NCBI GenBank assembly: GCA_026395995.1
Contig: JAPLXQ010000006.1
Span: 18,983 to 82,982 of the forward strand
Direction of reading: 5' to 3'
Source of the DNA: Candidatus Nomurabacteria bacterium
GTDB lineage: Bacteria; Patescibacteriota; Minisyncoccia; Phycocordibacterales; UBA9973
DNA: 64,000 bases
Positions 58,977 to 64,000 of this stretch are shown here, piece after piece. Below the pieces are notes generated by a model. It saw only the letters and a program-made list of their open reading frames with translations. It searched no databases and was not told the origin of the DNA. Every line of letters starts with the position of its first letter. Within the stretch, counting starts at the first letter, position 1. A program made the position numbers and the translations under genes.

Positions 58977-59544
58977 ATAACCAAGCTATTAAACGATCAA
59001 AGGCGATAAAGGATATTACTAATATCAAAACAGTGAGCAAAAATCTCCATATTTCATGACTAATATTCAAAGCCGTATATCCAAAGAAATATCCAATTGC
59101 CAAAAATCCTGGCCCCCAAATAAGTGTAGTAATAAATTCGGCTTTTAAATATATTTTTAATGGGATTCTTTTAAAACCAGAAAAAATAATAACGATATGG
59201 TTTACACCTAAAATAAATTTTGAAAGAAATATTGACCAAAATGGTCTTTCGTTGAACCTAGGCATGACATCCAAAACCCTATGCTCTAAATATTTTATAA
59301 ACTTTGTATTCTCCCATTTTTTATTTATAAGGAAACCAATATAGTATCCTAAAAATGTTTTACCCAAGAGTCCAAATAAAATTATTACAGAAATAATATA
59401 AATATTTAATACTCCTATAAATAACAATATTCCAGAAGAGATAACAAAAAATTCTCCTTCAAGAAGGATCCCGAAAAAAATAATAGCATAAGCTAAAAAT
59501 TCATGACCGATTATAAAATGTTGTAAAAAATTTACTGTATGCAT
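58939..59544 (-). CDS. DedA/TVP38-family-like membrane protein
   Basis: Five to six hydrophobic helices, with EGEFFVISSGILLFIGV and FLSKFILGVNHIVIIFSGFKRIP resembling DedA re-entrant motifs. Confidence 0.45.
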   Translation of the reverse strand: MHTVNFLQHFIIGHEFLAYAIIFFGILLEGEFFVISSGILLFIGVLNIYIISVIILFGLLGKTFLGYYIGFLINKKWENTKFIKYLEHRVLDVMPRFNERPFWSIFLSKFILGVNHIVIIFSGFKRIPLKIYLKAEFITTLIWGPGFLAIGYFFGYTALNISHEIWRFLLTVLILVISFIAFDRLIAWLYEIFEEFFNGNE

Positions 59545-59557
59545 TCAAATCTTTAAA

Positions 59558-60007
59558 TTAAAATAATGAGTCCACCACTTCTTTGACCATCATACCGTCA
59601 GCTTTACCTTTTAATTCTTTCATAATAGCAGACATCAATATTCCCTTTTTTGAAACATCGATAATTCCGAGCTCTTCTTTTTTTGTCTTAACAATATTTT
59701 CAACTTCACTTTTTTCCATCAAGGCTGGTAAAAAAGTCTCTAGAATTACAAGCTGGGCTGATTCTTCGGCGACCAGGTCTTCCCTGCCTCCTTTTTTAAA
59801 TTGTTCAATAGAATCTTTTCTTTGCTTGGCTAATTTTGTGATTACACCGATAGCCTCTTCGTCAGTTAAAATTTCTTGAGGCTTTTTGCCTTTTGCTACT
59901 AATTCATTCATAAAAGCCGCGGACATTCCACGAAAAGTCTCCAATTTGACACTATCACGAGCAATCATAGCCTCTTTTATATTATTTTTGATTTGTTCTT
60001 GTAACAT
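59558..60007 (-). CDS. GatB/YqeY-domain protein
   Basis: LQEQIKNNIKEAMIARDSVKLETFRGMSAAFMNELVAKGK ... KQRKDSIEQFKKGGREDLVAEE matches the YqeY family over its full ~150 aa. Confidence 0.75.
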   Translation of the reverse strand: MLQEQIKNNIKEAMIARDSVKLETFRGMSAAFMNELVAKGKKPQEILTDEEAIGVITKLAKQRKDSIEQFKKGGREDLVAEESAQLVILETFLPALMEKSEVENIVKTKKEELGIIDVSKKGILMSAIMKELKGKADGMMVKEVVDSLF

Positions 60008-60043
60008 ATACTTATTCTAGCAAAAATATGATAAAATAGCACT

Positions 60044-60760
60044 ATGCAAAACATTATATTTTTTGATACAGAGACTACAGGAAATACAGAGAAAGATTTC
60101 CTTTGTCAGATAGCTTATATGAGTAATGGTGAATCTTTTTCTGAAATGTATAAACCAGAAAAAAGAATTCCACCCGAAGCTTCAGCTGTACACCATATTT
60201 CAAATAAAATGCTCGAAGGAAAACCAAGTTTCAAAGAAAGTACTGATTATAAAAAAATAAAGAAAATATTTGAAGACACCAGCACTATCGCTGTAGCCCA
60301 TAATGCACCATTTGATATTTCTATCTTAAAAAATGAAGATATTACTATCGCGAACTTTATCTGTACTCTCCGTGTTGCTCGTGCACTCGATCCTGAAGGA
60401 AAAATAGAAAAATATAATCTTCAATATTTACGCTATTTACTAGAAATAGAAATTACCGCCCAAGCGCATGACGCACTCGGCGATGTGATGGTACTTGAAA
60501 AACTTTTTGAAAGATTATTGAAAAAAGTAATGGATACTGATAATGTCGACGAAAGTACTGCAATACAAAAAATGATAGAAATATCTTCACACCCTAGTAT
60601 TTTTAGAAAAATAAATTTTGGTAAATACGCTGGGCAAAATTTAGAAGAAATAGCTCAAAAAGATAAGGGCTATCTCGAATGGCTCTACAATCAAAAACTT
60701 CAGAGTGACACTCTCGAAGAAGACTGGATTTATACACTTAAACATTATTTAGGAAAATAA
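60044..60760 (+). CDS. DEDDh 3'-5' exonuclease (DnaQ-like) with a C-terminal extension
   Basis: Exo I IIFFDTETTG, Exo II AHNAPFDISIL, Exo III HDALGDVMVL. Confidence 0.75.
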   Translation: MQNIIFFDTETTGNTEKDFLCQIAYMSNGESFSEMYKPEKRIPPEASAVHHISNKMLEGKPSFKESTDYKKIKKIFEDTSTIAVAHNAPFDISILKNEDITIANFICTLRVARALDPEGKIEKYNLQYLRYLLEIEITAQAHDALGDVMVLEKLFERLLKKVMDTDNVDESTAIQKMIEISSHPSIFRKINFGKYAGQNLEEIAQKDKGYLEWLYNQKLQSDTLEEDWIYTLKHYLGK

Positions 60761-60761
60761 T

Positions 60762-61814
60762 ATGCAAAATATACTTTGGATTCTAATAGGAATATTTGGT
60801 GGAGGTTTTATTGTCTATCTATTTTTAAATAAAAAGAAAGATAACGGAACCAATCAAGATGTCGGTCTTCAGCTCGTCCTCACTCAAATCAACGAACTTT
60901 CTCGTACTGTCGATATGAAAATCGGTGACACACACAAGCAGATGAATGATTCATTGAAATTTCATTCTAGTGAATCAAATAAAATAATTCGTGACGTCAC
61001 AGAACGCCTCACTCGTCTTGATGAGACAAACAAACAAGTCATTTCTTTCGCCGACCAGCTCCAAAGTCTTGAAAATATTTTAAAAAACCCAAAGCAACGT
61101 GGAATCCTCGGTGAATATTATTTGGAAACAGTTTTAAAAAATGTTCTTCCACCAGGAAGCTATCAAATGCAATACCCTTTTCCTGATGGTACTATCGTCG
61201 ACGCTGTAGTATTCGTGAAAGATAAAATAATTCCTATCGACTCAAAATTCTCTCTTGAGAATTACAACAGAATGGTAGAAGAACGCGATTCTACTGAGAA
61301 AAAAAGACTAGAAACAATTTTCGTAAATGATTTGAAAAATCGTATTACTGAAACTGCAAAATACGTACAACCACAGCAAGGTACGACTGATTTCGCTTTT
61401 ATGTTTATCCCGCACGAAGCTATTTATTATGACCTTATTACAAACAAAATAGGTGGATTAAAAGATGAAGAAAATGAAAACTTAATTCAACGTGCTGCTG
61501 GAAAGTATAAGGTCATCATTACATCCCCTACTTCTTTCCTTGCTTACCTACAAACTGTTTTACAAGGACTCAAGGCATTGCAAATAGAAGAATCTGCCAA
61601 AGAAATTATTAAAAAAGTGGAAGACCTCGGTAAGCATTTAAAATCTTATGATGAATATCACAACAAGCTCGGCAATGCTCTAGGTACTGTCGTAAATCAT
61701 TATAATGCTTCCAATAAGGAACTCAAGAAAATAGATAAAGACGTCCTCCGTATTTCTGGCACTTCTCCTGAGCTCGAATTACTCGAAATAGCCAAGCCAA
61801 ATCTAGAAGATTAA
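60762..61814 (+). CDS. rmuC: DNA recombination protein RmuC
   Basis: N-terminal TM, coiled-coil region, then a C-terminal nuclease-like domain (FAFMFIPHEAIYYDL, VIITSPTSFLAYLQTV) matching RmuC. Confidence 0.75.
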   Translation: MQNILWILIGIFGGGFIVYLFLNKKKDNGTNQDVGLQLVLTQINELSRTVDMKIGDTHKQMNDSLKFHSSESNKIIRDVTERLTRLDETNKQVISFADQLQSLENILKNPKQRGILGEYYLETVLKNVLPPGSYQMQYPFPDGTIVDAVVFVKDKIIPIDSKFSLENYNRMVEERDSTEKKRLETIFVNDLKNRITETAKYVQPQQGTTDFAFMFIPHEAIYYDLITNKIGGLKDEENENLIQRAAGKYKVIITSPTSFLAYLQTVLQGLKALQIEESAKEIIKKVEDLGKHLKSYDEYHNKLGNALGTVVNHYNASNKELKKIDKDVLRISGTSPELELLEIAKPNLED

Positions 61815-61841
61815 AATTAAATAAGATATGCACTTTTACTA

Positions 61842-61870
61842 TTGACATAAAACCTGTATCTTATATAATA
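61842..61870 (+). promoter_or_regulatory. Candidate sigma70 promoter TTGACA-N16-TATAAT upstream of the 61911 ORF
   Basis: Consensus hexamers read directly, about 40 nt before the ATG. Confidence 0.45.
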
Positions 61871-61910
61871 TAGGTTCTAGTAAATTGACAAACAATAAAA
61901 AACAGTAAAC

Positions 61911-62237
61911 ATGGCAAGTAAAAGCAGCAAAGCTGTTGGCAATAAACCAGCAGAAGAAACAAAAGTTACGGAAGTAAAAAATGTCCTTGAGGCAGCAGCA
62001 ATCAGACTGGATTCTGATAAATCCTTGGATTCTACTCCAATTGATGATAACCGTATTTTGGTTAGAATTGATAGAAAGTATATTTCAGGTAAAAACGAAA
62101 TCGGCAGGCACGCTGGTCACGCTGTGGTTAAAAAAACACCACTGACAAGTTTGCCCCCACAAAACATTGATCTGAATAAGATCCTGGCCAGTACACCAGA
62201 AAAAAGATACTCCGGAGCACCAGCAAGAAAATGGTAG
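61911..62237 (+). CDS. Hypothetical protein (108 aa), visibly GC-richer than the rest of the window
   Basis: ORF flanked by a consensus promoter and a perfect terminator; no motif recognised. Confidence 0.4.
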   Translation: MASKSSKAVGNKPAEETKVTEVKNVLEAAAIRLDSDKSLDSTPIDDNRILVRIDRKYISGKNEIGRHAGHAVVKKTPLTSLPPQNIDLNKILASTPEKRYSGAPARKW

Positions 62238-62240
62238 TTC

Positions 62241-62272
62241 CTAGCAGTCCCAAATCATCGGGACTGCTTTTT
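62241..62272 (+). terminator. Rho-independent terminator AGCAGTCCC aaatcatc GGGACTGCT + T7
   Basis: Perfect 9-bp stem and T-tract, read directly. Confidence 0.75.
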
Positions 62273-62377
62273 TTATTTAAAAATTCTGTGAGCTACAATA
62301 ATTTGTTCGTCGCCACTCACAAATTTTCCAGCCCCGGACTCAGCTATTTTTCTACTGAAAAATTATGCTTCCGTCTT

Positions 62378-62432
62378 CACAAAAGCGAAACAGACTAGAG
62401 TAGTCTAGTCTGTTTGAATTCGCGCTTTTGTG
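62378..62432. repeat. 21-bp nested perfect palindrome (CACAAAAGCG-AAACAGACTAG agtagt CTAGTCTGTTT-gaattc-CGCTTTTGTG) in a 290-bp non-coding spacer
   Basis: Outer 10-bp and inner 11-bp arms both perfect, read directly. No adjoining T-tract. Confidence 0.5.
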
Positions 62433-62528
62433 ACCCTAAGTAGTGCAAATTGGAACCTGATTGTATATCAAATAAAGAGTTTTCACTATTTGCGTGAAAA
62501 AATTGCCTTATAGTGATAGAATACATTT

Positions 62529-63221
62529 ATGCAACAATTAATAATGTTATTACCACCAGTAGATGATTTATTGTCTATGCAACCTGAGGAAATTGCACCT
62601 TTAGTATTACAATACGCTGAAACTCAACCACATTTAAATCGCTACAACTTCAGTATTCCTACAGCTGAAATCGAATCTTATGGACAAAGGAAGTCAAAAG
62701 AGGTTTATATGGTATTAATGGAAGCGTGGATGTGGTTAGAGGTAGAAGGATTTTTAGCTCCTCAGCCAGGAACTACTGATGGTTGGAGTTTTGTTACTCG
62801 TAAGGGAAAGAAAATTTTACAACAAAAAGATTTTAGTGCTTATCAAAAAGGCTCATTACTTCCATCAAGTGGACTTGACCCAGTTTTAGTTGAAAAAGTA
62901 AAACCTACTTTTATTAGAGGTGACTACGAAACAGCAGTATTCCAAGCCTTCCGTGAAGTTGAAGTTCGTGTAAGACTGAAAGCTGGATTGGCCGAAACTG
63001 ACATTGGTATTGAATTAATGAGTAAGGCCTTTAAAGCAAATACAGGGTTACTAACAGATAAAGTTGCTCCTGTACCTGAACAATTAGCAAAACATAATCT
63101 TTTTTCTGGAGCTATTGGTTTTCTTAAAAATCCTACCAGTCACAGAGTTGTATCTTACAACGATCCTAACGAAGTGGCAGACCTGATTCGATTTGCAAAT
63201 CAGTTGCTTAGACTTATCTAA
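62529..63221 (+). CDS. Hypothetical protein whose C-terminal half resembles the Ymh/TIGR02391 family (HEPN-related, defense-island associated)
   Basis: C-terminal GDYETAVFQAFREVEVRVRLKAG ... AFKANTGLL ... LFSGAIGFLKNPTSHR, which I recall as the Ymh pattern (...F-R/K-N-P-x-x-H). Recollection only, no search run. Confidence 0.4.
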   Translation: MQQLIMLLPPVDDLLSMQPEEIAPLVLQYAETQPHLNRYNFSIPTAEIESYGQRKSKEVYMVLMEAWMWLEVEGFLAPQPGTTDGWSFVTRKGKKILQQKDFSAYQKGSLLPSSGLDPVLVEKVKPTFIRGDYETAVFQAFREVEVRVRLKAGLAETDIGIELMSKAFKANTGLLTDKVAPVPEQLAKHNLFSGAIGFLKNPTSHRVVSYNDPNEVADLIRFANQLLRLI

Positions 63222-63273
63222 TCAAAAGTTCCAATTAACTATCCTCTGTGACCCTTATTAGAACTTCAAGAAG

Positions 63274-63978
63274 TTAAGGGAATTTAATATCTAAGAAAGA
63301 AATTAGTTGTATTGCTGAATCTATTCCTTCTGAGACTATTTGTAGTTCAATTGAAGATTCTTTTAGACCTTCGTGTATTATTTCATTGCGAATCTTCCTG
63401 AGTTTATCTATTTTTTCAATATAGCTTTTTTGTTTAGCATATTCTTTTTTTGAAATTGAAAGTGGAATTAGTAAATTAAGTGAAATAGACATTCCTATAT
63501 CTTTTTTAATATCTTTTATTTTATTTTGACTTACACCTTGTGCTATAAGTATTTTCTGAATTTTTTTGCCTAAAATAAACTCTATTATGATTGCTGATTC
63601 AATTGTGGCAATCCTTTTTTCATTCCATGCTGTTTTTTGTTTTAATCTTAATAATTCCTCAACTTCTTTGCTAGGTAAGATATTTTTATCTATAAATTTC
63701 TGTAAACCTTTCCATTTCTTAGGAGACACCAATTTATCCTCTTTAAATAAAGGATTTATTTCATTTGATCTAGGAATTTCAAAAGAAAAAATTTTCAGTG
63801 TACTCTTTTTAAGAGACCACTCTACTTTTTTAGATGAAAAGAAACTATTGTCAAAAAGCTCATGGAAATTTGAATTCATTTCAAAAATATTTTGTAAGTT
63901 GAGATTCATTCTTGCATATATAACAGCACGTCTCATGCTTTCGATATATATTTCATATATATATTTCGCTGTACGCAT
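63274..63978 (-). CDS. HEPN-motif protein (C-terminal R-x4-H: LRKIRNEIIHEG), putative RNase/abortive-infection-type protein
   Basis: RNEIIH fits the HEPN Rx4-6H catalytic motif at the C-terminal end. 234 aa, AT-rich. The upstream region runs off the window. Confidence 0.45.
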   Translation of the reverse strand: MRTAKYIYEIYIESMRRAVIYARMNLNLQNIFEMNSNFHELFDNSFFSSKKVEWSLKKSTLKIFSFEIPRSNEINPLFKEDKLVSPKKWKGLQKFIDKNILPSKEVEELLRLKQKTAWNEKRIATIESAIIIEFILGKKIQKILIAQGVSQNKIKDIKKDIGMSISLNLLIPLSISKKEYAKQKSYIEKIDKLRKIRNEIIHEGLKESSIELQIVSEGIDSAIQLISFLDIKFP

Positions 63979-64000
63979 TGTCTCATCTGAAGATTTTTTG

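Overview
This is an AT-rich, gene-dense bacterial chromosome segment of about 64 kb. By inference it comes from a reduced-genome lineage such as the Candidate Phyla Radiation (CPR)/Parcubacteria: Shine-Dalgarno motifs are weak or absent, there are many small membrane proteins, the Asp-tRNA synthetase lacks the GAD insertion while gatB is present, and classic operons are fragmented. Most of the window is housekeeping. It encodes dnaK (5'-truncated by the window edge) and a short DnaJ-like protein, PBP2, cysS, trpS, aspS, gltX, recR, dnaB, scpAB, a partial dcw cluster (mraY-ftsW-murG), and a complete F-type ATP synthase operon on the minus strand (atpI-like, atpB, E, F, H, A, G, D, C). It also encodes ribosomal proteins L21, L27, L9, L31 and L25, prfA, obg, gatB, fba, ctpA, rsmI, rmuC, one tRNA-Ile(GAT), and several secreted cell-wall hydrolases. 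Rho-independent terminators are unusually easy to see as perfect hairpins followed by T-tracts.

The accessory content stands out in four ways.

1. A RiPP-like locus lies at about 7.3-13.8 kb. It comprises two small Cys-containing peptide ORFs in an otherwise empty 650-bp gap, a divergent HExxH peptidase, a PqqD-like RRE fused to a YcaO cyclodehydratase domain with a Pro-rich C-terminus, then a hypothetical protein, a SET-domain methyltransferase, a Cys-rich secreted protein and an orphan 7TM histidine kinase.
2. A family of GC-rich palindromic repeats of about 40 bp, reminiscent of Rickettsia palindromic elements (RPEs), is inserted in frame into atpG, gatB and an FAD-linked oxidase, with a degenerate intergenic copy near rplU.
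3. The ATP synthase operon carries two paralogous small membrane-protein genes sharing a near-identical start, a +1 frameshift in atpG, and GC-rich hairpin modules.
4. A compositionally distinct terminal region (61.9-64 kb) contains a 21-bp nested palindrome, a Ymh/TIGR02391-like gene and a HEPN-motif gene.

All functional calls are from sequence motifs read by eye; no database searches were run.
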